Notes: generated by a model from the letters alone, not told the origin. DNA of 64,000 bases from an uncultured Lentisphaerales bacterium (GCA_943788985.1 CALSSJ010000044.1:36660-100659); one strand, 5' to 3'. Positions 50,871 to 61,127 are shown, counted from the first letter of the stretch. A program made the numbers and translations.

Positions 50871-52231
50871 CCAAAATTCTTTGTATCGGAGCTGGCTACG
50901 TAGGTGGCCCAACCATGGCGGTTATCGCCCAAAACTGCCCCGACGTCCAAGTCACAGTGGTGGACATCAATCCAGATCGTATCGCAGCCTGGAAATCCGA
51001 CACCCTGCCCATTTACGAACCAGGCCTCCTCGAGGTCGTGCAGAGCAGTCGGGGCCGAAATCTCATCTTTTCCACCGAAGTAGATCAAGGAATTGCAGAT
51101 GCTGACATTATCTTTGTTAGTGTGAACACGCCCACCAAGACCTTCGGCCGGGGTGCCGGTTGCGCAGCGGACCTCCAGTATTGGGAGAAGACCGCCCGCC
51201 AGATCCTCGAGAACTCCACCAGTGACAAGATCGTGGTCGAGAAGAGTACCCTCCCGGTTCGCACCGCTCGCGCTATGGAACGCATCCTCCACTCGGGCGA
51301 TGGCAACGTACATTTCGAAGTCCTTTCCAACCCGGAATTTCTGGCTGAAGGCACCGCCATCACCGATCTGATGGATCCCGACCGGATCCTCATCGGCGGG
51401 CATGAAACCGAGACCGGACAGGCCGCAATCGAAAAACTCGCGAGTATCTACGCACAGTGGGTGCCACCTGAGAAGATCCTCACCACCAATGTCTGGTCCA
51501 GCGAGCTTTCCAAACTGACAGCCAACGCCTTTCTCGCGCAGCGTATCAGCTCGATCAACAGCATCGCCTCCGTCTGCGAAGCCACCGAGGCAAACGTAGA
51601 TGAAGTCAGCCGCGCAATCGGCATGGATTCCCGCATCGGTGCCAAGTTTCTGCGCGCTAGCGTCGGCTTCGGCGGCTCATGCTTCAAAAAAGACATTCTG
51701 AACCTAGTCTACCTCTGCGAGACCTATGGACTGGATGAAGTGGCCGATTACTGGCGTCAGGTTGTAGCCATGAACTCCTACCAAGGCGAGCGCTTCGTCA
51801 ACCGCATGATTAGCGCCATGTTCAACACCATCGTTGGTAAGCGCATTACGCTGTTCGGCTTTGCCTTCAAGGCAGACACCGGCGACACTCGCGAGAGCCC
51901 AGCCCTGACCGTATCACGCCAGTTGCTCGCTGAACGCGCCGATGTTGTCATCACCGACCCCCAGGCGCTGGTGAATGCAGCGAAGGACCTGAATGAAGAC
52001 GCTGTGACCTATGAACAGGATCCCTACGAAGCCGCCAAGGGCGCACATGCGATCGCAGTCATGACAGAGTGGCAACAGTATCGCGATCTCGACTTTGTCC
52101 GCATCCACGACTCCATGGTCAAGCCCGCGTTCATCTTCGATGGTCGCAACCTGCTGAACCACAAGGAATTGCATGAGATCGGGTTCAACGTCTACCCGAT
52201 TGGCAAGGCCGCACTGACGCATCTCGAATAG
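50867..52231 (+). CDS. ugd: UDP-glucose 6-dehydrogenase
   Basis: 'CIGAGYVGG', 'SNPEFLAEG', '[14 protein letters not shown]', '[10 protein letters not shown]'. Confidence 0.96.
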   Translation: MTKILCIGAGYVGGPTMAVIAQNCPDVQVTVVDINPDRIAAWKSDTLPIYEPGLLEVVQSSRGRNLIFSTEVDQGIADADIIFVSVNTPTKTFGRGAGCAADLQYWEKTARQILENSTSDKIVVEKSTLPVRTARAMERILHSGDGNVHFEVLSNPEFLAEGTAITDLMDPDRILIGGHETETGQAAIEKLASIYAQWVPPEKILTTNVWSSELSKLTANAFLAQRISSINSIASVCEATEANVDEVSRAIGMDSRIGAKFLRASVGFGGSCFKKDILNLVYLCETYGLDEVADYWRQVVAMNSYQGERFVNRMISAMFNTIVGKRITLFGFAFKADTGDTRESPALTVSRQLLAERADVVITDPQALVNAAKDLNEDAVTYEQDPYEAAKGAHAIAVMTEWQQYRDLDFVRIHDSMVKPAFIFDGRNLLNHKELHEIGFNVYPIGKAALTHLE

Positions 52232-52236
52232 CGGTC

Positions 52237-52402
52237 AGTGTCCTGTCAGGTCTATTTTGGCGAGTAGATTATGGATGATTTCGGATGCTGAAGTGAGCTC
52301 GGATCGGCGACAGCGATCCTGTGGTATTGTTTAGGCGATACGGCTTGCTTCACCGCCGGAAAGGCCGCATCGCACCCGTTAAATTTGGTTTAACAGAACA
52401 CT
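52237..52402. mobile_element. Putative 166-bp MITE / IS-end remnant between convergent ugd and parA
   Basis: Imperfect terminal IR AGTGTCCTGTCA / (rc) AGTGTTCTGTTA (10/12); no ORF; right end coincides with the parA stop (CTAG). Confidence 0.4.
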
Positions 52403-53135
52403 AGACTCGCGCCGCGATCTCTTCCCAGAGGCTCCCAAAGGCCACTGCTGCCTTACTGCGCGGCGAGAAAACCGCGACTGGCTCACGCGTCAGCCCCATC
52501 TTCTCGACCACCGCACTGTACGGTACTGTGGTCTTTAGAAAGCGCTTCCCAGCAGCCTCAGCCATCACGGCCTTGTGCATGGATTTTCGGCGCTCCACCA
52601 TCGAAAAAAACGGGACCAGCTTCCTGCGCGAAATGTCCTGCTCGCGCAAGAACCCAATCAGCTGCTCGTAGGTTCGTGTCGACAGCGTCGTCGGAACAAA
52701 CGGCACCACCAATGCATCCGCGGCCGAAAACACATTCTCCGAAAGTAACGTCAGATTTGGCGGGCAGTCGATGATAATCCAGTCATAGGCCTTGCCGAGA
52801 GGCTGCAGAATGTCCTTGAGCTGCTTTCGCGATCGCTTCTTGCTGTCCAGCGCCAGGTCCAGATTGCGGTAGGACAGATTCGCCGGGAGCAAGTCCAACC
52901 CCTCGTAGTCCGTTCCGCGGATCCCGCGCAACACTTCCTTGCCCCCAGACAGCAGACTTTCCTGATCAAACTTTTTCCTGGGCTGCGTCCGAAAGTAAAA
53001 CGACGCAGATGCCTGTGGATCCAGGTCGATCAGTAAAACATGTGCGCCAGCCTGTTGGGCGCTGAAGGCCAGATTCACGGCGGCGGCAGTCTTGCCCACG
53101 CCTCCCTTGATGCTGTAAAGTGCTAACGTGCCCAT
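52401..53135 (-). CDS. Orphan ParA/Soj-family ATPase
   Basis: 'YSIKGGVGKT', 'DLDPQAS', 'IDCPP'; no parB adjacent. Confidence 0.92.
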   Translation of the reverse strand: MGTLALYSIKGGVGKTAAAVNLAFSAQQAGAHVLLIDLDPQASASFYFRTQPRKKFDQESLLSGGKEVLRGIRGTDYEGLDLLPANLSYRNLDLALDSKKRSRKQLKDILQPLGKAYDWIIIDCPPNLTLLSENVFSAADALVVPFVPTTLSTRTYEQLIGFLREQDISRRKLVPFFSMVERRKSMHKAVMAEAAGKRFLKTTVPYSAVVEKMGLTREPVAVFSPRSKAAVAFGSLWEEIAARV

Positions 53136-53177
53136 GATTTCCCGCTGACGGTTGATAATGTGACTTTCTCGTGCCGG

Positions 53178-53192
53178 TTGCGAAGTTCGCAA
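53178..53192. repeat. Dispersed palindrome TTGCGRASTYCGCAA, perfect intergenic copy
   Basis: TTGCGAAGTTCGCAA about 43 bp upstream of the parA start. Confidence 0.9.
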
Positions 53193-53334
53193 ACACGCTC
53201 CGGCCCAAACCCATGCCAGCCCGCCGTGAACAATCGCCATCCCGGTGTAACGTAGCGCGTTTTCTCGCCGAGCTTCGATCCTCCCAAATAGAGCGCCTAC
53301 TTGCCGTGATTCCAGTTGATTTGCAGCCAGCCAC

Positions 53335-54276
53335 GTGAAAAAGCGGCCTCGTCTCTCCGTAAAAGAAGCCCTCGCTGACGAGACGCTTGCGAAAGCCGCA
53401 GCCGGTGACCTTGACGCCTGCGTCCACCTCGACGCCCTCGGCTTGCTCATCGGCCCCGACGAATCCGGCCCTGACTATGCCGAGCGACTGCGCAAGCTCC
53501 GCGGAAATATCGAAGAACTGCGGACCAAGCTCGAGGAAGGCCCGGTCGAGTTCTACGAGTTCAGCCTCACCCGCGCTGAGCGCATCCGCGAGAAAGCTTA
53601 CCAAGATGCGGTGTCCGCAACCTGGGGGCTTTATGACTTCGCCATCCACTGGGTCCCCGGATTCTACACCAATCAAGGAATGGGCCTTCTTTTTGCTGGC
53701 TGCGCCCTTTACTCCTACGAAGACTTCTTCGCCGTTTTTGTCATTCGAAAAGGCTTCCAGAAGAAAGATCGCTGGCTGATTTACAGCCGCAACGAACTCA
53801 TGGCCCACGAACTCTGCCACATCGCCCGGATTGGCTTTCACAGCCGTGCTTTCGAAGAAATGTTCGCCTATCGAACCGCCAGCTCCGGCTTTCGCAAGTT
53901 CATCGGTGGAATGCTCCGCAGCCCGTTGGACTCCTACCTCCTCGCTGGCGGCGCGCTCTCGCTCCTAGCCGTCCAGTACGCAAACATCTTCCTGCTCACC
54001 GAGCCCCTCCAATGGCTCTATGCCATCCCCGTCGGCCTGTTCGGCTACGTCCTGAGCCGCTTCGGCTGCGGCCAGACAGCCTTTCGCCTGGCCCGCCGCA
54101 ATCTTGCCAAAGTCTTCGACTCCGCAGATGCCCTGCCCGTCCTCTTTCGCTGTTCCGATCGCGACGTCTACGCCATCGCCGCCTGCCTCCGTCCGAGCGC
54201 CCTCCAGCAGTGGCTCCACAAGCGCGCCGCCGAATCGCTGCGCTGGAAGGTCACCCTCCGCCGCTACAACTGCTGA
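53335..54276 (+). CDS. Hypothetical membrane protein with HExxH zinc-metallopeptidase motif
   Basis: 'ELMAHELCHIAR...FEEMFAY'; two TM helices. Confidence 0.7.
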   Translation: MKKRPRLSVKEALADETLAKAAAGDLDACVHLDALGLLIGPDESGPDYAERLRKLRGNIEELRTKLEEGPVEFYEFSLTRAERIREKAYQDAVSATWGLYDFAIHWVPGFYTNQGMGLLFAGCALYSYEDFFAVFVIRKGFQKKDRWLIYSRNELMAHELCHIARIGFHSRAFEEMFAYRTASSGFRKFIGGMLRSPLDSYLLAGGALSLLAVQYANIFLLTEPLQWLYAIPVGLFGYVLSRFGCGQTAFRLARRNLAKVFDSADALPVLFRCSDRDVYAIAACLRPSALQQWLHKRAAESLRWKVTLRRYNC

Positions 54277-54298
54277 ATCACTTCCACCCGAAGGCCAA

Positions 54299-55177
54299 GT
54301 GAAACAACCCAACGTAGTGTTTCTTTTCGCTGACGAATGGCGCGCGTAGGCCACCGGCAACGTAGGCGATCCCAACTGCGAGAGCGCCGTGCTTGATGAG
54401 CTCACTCGGCACAGCCTCAATCTCACACATGCGGCGAGTGGCTGCTTCGTCTGCTGTCCCTTTCGCGGAAGCCTCATGTCCGGCCAGTATCCCCTCACCC
54501 ACGGCGTCTTCATCAACGACGTCGAGTTGTCCCTCGACTGCAACAGCATTGCCCGCGCCTTTAACGATGGCGAATACCACACCGCCTACATCGGCAAATG
54601 GCATCTATACGGCAGTCCTGACGGGCTCTGCGCGCGCCGATCCCTGCCTGCCCGTGGCCGGCTCGCACCAGCTCGGCTTTGATGATTGGAAAGGCGTCGA
54701 GTGCACGCGCGACTACCAGAACTCCGGCTACTATCACAACAAAGCCCACCCTCCATCCATGGGGCGACCACGACGCCTTTGGCCGAAGCCGCACCGCCGC
54801 CCAACACATCCGCGATCACGCCTTCGACATCATGCCCACGCTCCTCCGGCTCTGCGGTTTGCGAACTCCGCAAACCGTCGAAGGTAGAGACTGGTCTCCG
54901 GAGATACGTGGCGAGCAACTCGTAGCCGAAAACGACGCCGCCTTCCTCAACATGCCCGTGCCCCACACCGAGCTGCAATTCAACGACATACTCCCCTTAC
55001 CGCGGCGTGCGCACCATGCGCCACACCTACCTACCTGCCCAAGACGGGTCCTGGCTCCTTCGGGACGACAAGACCGATCCCTACCAAATGAGCAACCTCA
55101 TCAATGCACCCGAGCACGCTGAATTACAGGCCTACCTCGAAGCATTGCTCCAGCAAAAGCTAAGAATTCCACGATAG
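54299..55177 (+). pseudogene. Sulfatase pseudogene
   Basis: 'KQPNVVFLFADEWRA*', 'CCPFRGSLMSGQYP', 'TAYIGKWHL', 'DIMPTLL'; stop, frameshifts and internal deletion. Confidence 0.8.
54859..54873. repeat. Dispersed palindrome TTGCGRASTYCGCAA, perfect copy
   Basis: TTGCGAACTCCGCAA (LRTPQ) within the sulfatase pseudogene. Confidence 0.9.
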
Positions 55178-55680
55178 TACGGGACCAGTTCCGCCTCACT
55201 AGCATTCCGACCAAAGCGGCAACTTACTCCGGCACCCGCGTAATCACCGCAGCAGAAGCAGCAGCTGGCCTGCCCTTCGTGCGCGCCGAAGGCATTAGCA
55301 TCATCGGTCCCAGCACCATCCATCCCATCCGGGTTCGCTCGCAGCAGAACCTTGCGACGGTGGCATAATACTCACTTGGGACCACACCGTAGCCCCTCCA
55401 GAAAGCCGCTAAAGTGTATACCGCAGCGACTCCTCCGGAAAGAACTACGCGAAAATAGCCAGCGCCCCTAGAGGTGTTGCCGTTGCCGGAGCCAGGTGGC
55501 GGCAACTTTTCGTGAATCGCGGGTCGTTGAGTAGTACGTAGTGCCTTTCTATCTGGGTGCAATTTGTTGCAATGACGTGTTTTGGTGTGCGGTGTGGGTG
55601 CCGGAGAAACGGAAGCGAGCTCTGCTGAGTATCAACTCGCCGAGGGATAGCCGGAGCGGTAATGACGCAATGTCGGCAAC

Positions 55681-55706
55681 GTGGGGGAGTCGCTAGACTC
55701 CCCCAC
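55681..55706. repeat. Perfect 11-bp hairpin downstream of the IS3 orfB
   Basis: GTGGGGGAGTC-GCTA-GACTCCCCCAC. Confidence 0.7.
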
Positions 55707-55813
55707 TTTGCTCCCAAGGTGACTGCATTGAAGAGTTGCCGCCATGCCTTCAAAACCTTGGGGTTTGGGGCGAAGCCCCATCACGGCCGAAAGCCGTGGC
55801 CAGCGCAAAGTGG

Positions 55814-56946
55814 TCATGCTGCTTCCTCTGCGTGAAATTGCCGCGGTGTTCGATAGTCGAGTGTAGAATGCGGGCGGGTGGCGTGGTAGCGCTCAAACCA
55901 GTCTGCGAGACCTTTGCCCAATTCACGCGGTGTGGCGTACGCATTGAGGTAAACGTCTTCATATTTGGCACTGCGCCAAAGCCTCTCAATGCGGACATTG
56001 TCGATCCAGCGTCCCGTTCCATCCATGCTGACAAGAGTGCCCGCGTCTTTAACGCGCTTAATCCAAGCCGCGCTGGTGTACCGACTGCCTTGGTCGCTGT
56101 TTATGATCTGCGGGCACCTTCCTGTCGCCAGGGCTATTGTCAATGCATCCAGGCACAGGGTGGTTTCCATCGTGGTGGACACTGCCCACCCTAAGGCTCC
56201 ACGCGTGTGCCAGTCCATGACGCATGCCAAATAGCAAAAGCCGCGGGCCATCGGGATATAGGTGATATCCGTACACCACACCTGGTCAGCCTTGCTGATC
56301 TCCAGGCCGCAAAGAAGGTACGGATAAAATCTTGTGCCCGCCAGCTCGTATCCCGGTGCGCGGGCGGCGGTAGCTGACGCGGATCCTTGCAGCTCTCATC
56401 AGCCGACGCAAGCGTCGGCGTCCCAAGCTGTAACCGTGATCGCGGCGCAGGACCGCGTTCAACCGCCGGGCGCCAAATGTCGGCTCACGCACATGAATGC
56501 TATCCAGCAGCACCATAATCTTCTGGTCTTCGGCATTGGCTGTCGGCTCAACGCCCTGAAGGCGGTTTCGGTTGACGTCAAGCAGCTCACACTGTCTACG
56601 AATAGACAGCAGGGGATGGTCTTTCTCGATCATCTTCTTTCTCATCGATCGATCCCCAGCTGCTCGCACTTTTTTCAAGATACCCCTTCTCCATGACGAG
56701 TTGGCCAACCTTGCGCTCAAGGGTAGCGCACTTCTTCTCGAGAGAGTCTCGCGCATCGTCAACGGCGTTGGTTCTCTCGAACAGCAGTGCCATATTGGCT
56801 TCGAGTTCCTTCTTCCACGCCGAGACCTGGGACACATGGATTTCGTTGTCGCCAGCAATCTCTGCGACAGTCTTGAGCCCTTGAATGGCTTCGCGGGCGA
56901 TGCGCGCCTCGAAGGCGCTACTGTGATTACGTCGGGGGCGTCTCAT
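55814..56946 (-). mobile_element. IS3-family element (orfA/orfB); element probably spans about 55540-57025
   Basis: orfA 'RRNHSSAFEARIAREAIQG.KTVAEIA'; A6G slippery site near 56670; orfB 'WCTDITYIPM', 'NSDQGS', 'DNVRIERLWRS.KYE'; extra frameshift near 56328. Confidence 0.9.
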
Positions 56947-57266
56947 GACAATCCCCTTGAATTGGGCTACTAAAATGCGCCCCGAAATTCACTCGACCAC
57001 TGGCTCCGTTTGGCGGTAGCATTTCTCCCATGAATCGGTTTCTTGCGACGCTCCAACCAGCTCCAACCCCCTTACATCAATCAAATGGCCAACTCAGATC
57101 AGCGTTTTTTCCTCCAAAATCGACAAAAAAAAATGGCCAAATCCGTTTTTTTTTTTAGATAATTGCCTAAAAGGGTTTGCGTAACCTCGCTTAATGCGGG
57201 AAACTACGACATCTCAGTTCGGGATGTTCAGCCATCCCATAAACCCCAGAACGTTCGGGAGGCGTT

Positions 57267-57473
57267 ATGGCCGTCGAATTCTACAACGTCAAAAAGCGCG
57301 CGAAAGTCCAGATTGACGACTCCAAAATCACCAAGGTGAAATGGGAGAAAACCTCGAAAGATGGCAAAGTCCAAGTCCGCTTCGGTCTCAAAGCCAAGGA
57401 TGACGACGGAACCAACCTGACGAAGTTTGTCAAACAAGCAGATTGGGAGGCCAGCTCCGCTAAGGAAGGCTGA
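57267..57473 (+). CDS. Small basic beta-rich protein (candidate nucleoid-associated protein)
   Basis: 68 aa, Lys-rich, GGAGG RBS, own terminator, AT-tract-rich upstream region. Confidence 0.85.
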   Translation: MAVEFYNVKKRAKVQIDDSKITKVKWEKTSKDGKVQVRFGLKAKDDDGTNLTKFVKQADWEASSAKEG

Positions 57474-57490
57474 TCTACCACTGCCTCCAT

Positions 57491-57525
57491 AAAACGGCAG
57501 TTGCCTCGGCAGCTGCCGTTTTTTT
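57491..57525 (+). terminator. Rho-independent terminator (likely bidirectional)
   Basis: AAAACGGCAGTTGCC-TC-GGCAGCTGCCGTTTTTTT. Confidence 0.88.
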
Positions 57526-57562
57526 GTTTTTACAGTCCACCACCACGGGGCCCCCGGCGAGC

Positions 57563-58183
57563 ATGATCGCGATTATTGACTACAGAGCGGGCAACCTCAC
57601 CAGCGTCCGCCTGGCTTTTGACAAGCTGAACATCCTATCCGAAATCACCCGCGACCCAGCGCGTATTCGCGCCGCGGAGAGAGTCGTCTTTCCAGGCGAC
57701 GGCGCAGCCGGAAGCGCCATGGCTAATCTGGACGAACTCGAGTTGCGCGATGTGATCACCGAGGTGTCGGCCGATCGCCCCTTTCTCGGCATCTGCGTCG
57801 GCACTCAGATCATCTTGGATTATTCCCAAGAGAATGGCGGCGTGCCCTGTCTGGGGCTGCTCCCCGGCACCGTAGAGCGCTTTCAAACAGCTGACCCGTT
57901 TACCAAAATCCCACAGATGGGCTGGAACGCAGTCGCGCCCGTGTGCCCGCATCCGCTGTTTGCCGGCATTGAGCCCGGAAGCGAATTCTACTTTATTCAC
58001 AGCTACTATCCTGCTCCCACCAGCCCAGACCACGTGCTGGCGCGGACGGACTACGCAGATGTCGCTTTTGCCTCAGTCGTTGGCCGCGACAATCTCGCTG
58101 CCACCCAGTTTCATCCGGAGCGCTCCGGGCGCATTGGCCTCCAGTTGCTTAAGAATTTTGCAGAGTGGGATGGCGTATGCTGA
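57563..58183 (+). CDS. hisH: Imidazole glycerol phosphate synthase, glutaminase subunit
   Basis: 'IIDYRAGNLTSV', 'LGICVGTQ', 'IPQMGWN', 'YFIHSY', 'QFHPERS'. Confidence 0.95.
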   Translation: MIAIIDYRAGNLTSVRLAFDKLNILSEITRDPARIRAAERVVFPGDGAAGSAMANLDELELRDVITEVSADRPFLGICVGTQIILDYSQENGGVPCLGLLPGTVERFQTADPFTKIPQMGWNAVAPVCPHPLFAGIEPGSEFYFIHSYYPAPTSPDHVLARTDYADVAFASVVGRDNLAATQFHPERSGRIGLQLLKNFAEWDGVC

Positions 58184-58956
58184 CCAAACGAATTGTCCCC
58201 TGCCTCGACGTCCACAACCGCGTCGTCACCAAAGGCGTAAAGTTTCAAAACAACGTCGAAATCGGCGACCCCATCGAGATGGCCGTGGCCTACAGCGATG
58301 GCGGCTGTGACGAATTGGTCTTCTACGACATCACTGCCTCCGCCGAGCGCCGCCCGATCGATATCGAAATGGTGCGCGACGTCGCTAAGGCCGTCCAGAT
58401 CCCGTTTGCCGTCGGCGGCGGGATCTCAGAGTTGGCCGACATGTACCGGGTTCTCGACGCTGGCGCGGAGAAAGTCTCGGTAAATTCCCTGGCGGTGCGG
58501 AGTCCGCAGATCATTGCCGATGGCGCCAAAGCCTTTGGCTCCCAGTGCATCGTGCTGGGTATGGATCCCGTAGCCCACAACGACCGCGAACGCTTTCCGA
58601 GCGGCTACGAGGTCACCACCCAAGGCTTTCGCACCCGCACCGGCATGGATGCGCTCGAGTGGGCCCGACGAGCCGAAGGGCTCGGCGTCGGCGAAATCGT
58701 CGTCAACTCAGTCGATGCAGACGGAACCCGCGACGGCTTCGAGCTCACGCTCACCGGCATGATCGCTCGCGAAGTCCGCATTCCGGTCGTCGCCAGCGGC
58801 GGCGCTGGCACCCCACAGCACCTCGCAGACGTCTTTCTTAAAGCCCGCGCTGACGCTGCGATCATCGCTAGCATGGTGCATACCGGCGACTACACGATCG
58901 CCGTCATCAAACAAGAACTAGACCAAGCTGGCGTGCCCATTCGCCGCCATTGGTAG
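58177..58956 (+). CDS. hisF: Imidazole glycerol phosphate synthase, cyclase subunit
   Basis: 'MLTKRIVPCLDV', 'DELVFYDITAS', 'VGGGI', 'DADGTRDGF', 'VASGGAG'. Confidence 0.97.
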   Translation: MLTKRIVPCLDVHNRVVTKGVKFQNNVEIGDPIEMAVAYSDGGCDELVFYDITASAERRPIDIEMVRDVAKAVQIPFAVGGGISELADMYRVLDAGAEKVSVNSLAVRSPQIIADGAKAFGSQCIVLGMDPVAHNDRERFPSGYEVTTQGFRTRTGMDALEWARRAEGLGVGEIVVNSVDADGTRDGFELTLTGMIAREVRIPVVASGGAGTPQHLADVFLKARADAAIIASMVHTGDYTIAVIKQELDQAGVPIRRHW

Positions 58957-58958
58957 TC

Positions 58959-61055
58959 ATGAAACTAGAAATCGGAACCCGTAGCAGCCAACTTGCCCTG
59001 ACCCAGGCGCAGGATGCACTCGAGCGCTTGATGGCCGAACTGCCACGCCTCGAGCTCTCGCTCCAGCCCATGTCCAGCCCCGGAGACCACGATCGCTCGA
59101 CCGACCTGCGGGTCAGCGATCCAGACTTCTTCACCCGCTTTCTCGACGAGGCCGTCCTCGCGGGCGAGGTCGACGCGGCTGTGCACAGCGCCAAAGACGT
59201 GCCCTACCCTGTCCGCGAAGGACTCGACTGGTTCTGGCTACCCTGGCACGAGGATCCGCGCGATGCCCTCGTACTGCGCGCCGGAGAATCCCGCGCAGAT
59301 CTGCCGGACGCACCAGTTTGCGGCGTTAGCAGCGACCGTCGTGACGAGTGGTGCAAAGCCCAATTTCCAACGGCGGTGCACCAGCCAATCCGCGGCAATA
59401 TCGAAGAGCGCATCGCCCAGCTGGATGCAGGCGACTACGACGCGGTGATCATCGCCGGAGCCGCCCTCAACCGGCTCGGCCTCCAGGATCGTATTAGCGA
59501 GTGGATTCCTTGCGCCGAGCTGCCACCGCCCGAAGCACAGGGCTGGCTCTGCCTGACCTTCCGCGAGGATGACGCCCGCTTTCGCACCATCCGTCAACGA
59601 TTCGTCTATGCCGTGACCCTGATCGGCGGCGGGCCAGGCGCAGACTACTGCACCCAGGCTGGTATCAAAGCGTTGCAGACCTGCGACGTCTGCCTGTACG
59701 ACGCCTTGGTCTCGAAGGACCTGCTGCGCCACATTCCTGCCGACGCCATCGCTATGGATGTCGGCAAGCGCGCCGGACGCTACCAAGTCGAGCGCGTCGA
59801 TGTCGACCGCATGATCAGCGACTACGCCCGCCAAGGCCGCCGCGTAGCGCGCTTAAAAGGCGGTGACCCCGGAATCTTCGGCCGCGCCGCACAGGAAATC
59901 GAATCGCTTCAGGAAATGTCCCTGCCCTGGCGCGTCATTGCGGGCGTCAGCAGCCTCCAGGCCGCGACCAACGAAACTGGCTGGTTTCTCACCCGCCGCG
60001 GCGTAAACACCGGCTTCACGCTGCTGACTTCGCGACTTGCGAACTCCGCAGTTGCCACGATTCAGGGCGAACATCGGCGAGATCTGCCGCTCGCATTCTT
60101 CATGCCGCTCAGAGTCCTAGACGCGTTGGTCAAAGCCCTGATCGATGAAGGGCGCAATCCCTACCAGCCCTCTGCCATGATTTTCGCCGCTGGTTCGCAC
60201 CAGCGCCAAGTGATCTCGGCACCGCTGTGCAAAATTTCTGAGGCCGTGGCCGAGAGCATGATCAACAAGCATCCTGCGCTGTTCATCGTCGGCGATACCA
60301 TGGCCCCCGAGTTTCTGCAGTTGCCGACTGGCCCGCTGCGCAATCGGCGCATCTTGTTGACCGGCAGTACCAACCTGATGCCCGCCCTCACCCAAGACGT
60401 GCTCTGGCGAGCTGGCGTTCCCCTGCCCTGCCCGCTGATCGAGCTGACCACGGAGCCTGCAGCCGGAGAGTTACTGCAGAACGTATCCGACTTTGACTGG
60501 ATTACGGTGACCAGCCCAGCCGCAGTACGCTGCCTGTTTGAGCTGCTGCGTGCCTTGGCGATCGACGTGCGCGAGCTACCCAAGATCATGGTCAGCGGCC
60601 CCGGCTGCGCCCAGGCACTCGCATCTTATTGCGTTTCGCCCGACCTCGGCCCTGAGACAGACTTTGGCGCGGCCGGCCTCGTGGCTGCTGCGGCCACAAC
60701 CGTGCAGCCTGGCGAACGCGTGCTGCGGCTCAAGTCCGACCGCGCGCCAGCGACGCTGAGTGACGGCCTGCGCGCCATCAAGGCAGAGGTGACCGAATGT
60801 GTGTTATACCGCAATCAGGCAGTGGAACAGCCGGAACTCCTCGAGTTCGACGCCGTGCTATTCCTGAGCAGCAGCGCTGTGGATGGCTTTGTCGACCGCT
60901 GGGGCACTGGCCCGCTGGCAGATACCGTGATCGTGGCCATTGGCCCACCGACGGCGGCGACCTGTGAGCACCACGGTCTCACGCCGTTGGTTGCGAACTC
61001 CGCAACCTCAGGCGGCTGCCTCGACACGCTCCAAAACCACTGGGCGTTCGACTAA
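58959..61055 (+). CDS. HemC (lacking domain 3) - uroporphyrinogen-III methyltransferase (CobA) - HemD triple fusion
   Basis: HemC 'IGTRSSQLAL.Q', 'VHSAKD', 'SSDRR', 'IRGNIEERI'; CobA 'GGGPG', 'YDALV', 'VGKRAG', 'RLKGGDPGIFGR'; HemD 'VTSPAAV', 'LY.N', 'FLSSSAV', 'IGPPTA'. Confidence 0.9.
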   Translation: MKLEIGTRSSQLALTQAQDALERLMAELPRLELSLQPMSSPGDHDRSTDLRVSDPDFFTRFLDEAVLAGEVDAAVHSAKDVPYPVREGLDWFWLPWHEDPRDALVLRAGESRADLPDAPVCGVSSDRRDEWCKAQFPTAVHQPIRGNIEERIAQLDAGDYDAVIIAGAALNRLGLQDRISEWIPCAELPPPEAQGWLCLTFREDDARFRTIRQRFVYAVTLIGGGPGADYCTQAGIKALQTCDVCLYDALVSKDLLRHIPADAIAMDVGKRAGRYQVERVDVDRMISDYARQGRRVARLKGGDPGIFGRAAQEIESLQEMSLPWRVIAGVSSLQAATNETGWFLTRRGVNTGFTLLTSRLANSAVATIQGEHRRDLPLAFFMPLRVLDALVKALIDEGRNPYQPSAMIFAAGSHQRQVISAPLCKISEAVAESMINKHPALFIVGDTMAPEFLQLPTGPLRNRRILLTGSTNLMPALTQDVLWRAGVPLPCPLIELTTEPAAGELLQNVSDFDWITVTSPAAVRCLFELLRALAIDVRELPKIMVSGPGCAQALASYCVSPDLGPETDFGAAGLVAAAATTVQPGERVLRLKSDRAPATLSDGLRAIKAEVTECVLYRNQAVEQPELLEFDAVLFLSSSAVDGFVDRWGTGPLADTVIVAIGPPTAATCEHHGLTPLVANSATSGGCLDTLQNHWAFD
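60991..61005. repeat. Dispersed palindrome TTGCGRASTYCGCAA, perfect copy
   Basis: TTGCGAACTCCGCAA (VANSAT); a 14/15 copy lies at 60037-60051. Confidence 0.9.
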
Positions 61056-61127
61056 CAATCACGTATGGCGCAACTCCGTTTGCGCCCAAGCGCCAGCTTG
61101 CAAGATACCTGCAAAAGATTCCACGAC

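Noticed and set aside
53136..53450. Long N-terminal extension of ParA (349-aa ORF)
   Set aside because: Walker A normally lies at the N-terminus; ATG 53135 fits, and the extension overlaps the divergent gene.
57170..57262. Leader hairpins as a riboswitch or tRNA
   Set aside because: Only short stems; no cloverleaf or recognisable riboswitch consensus.
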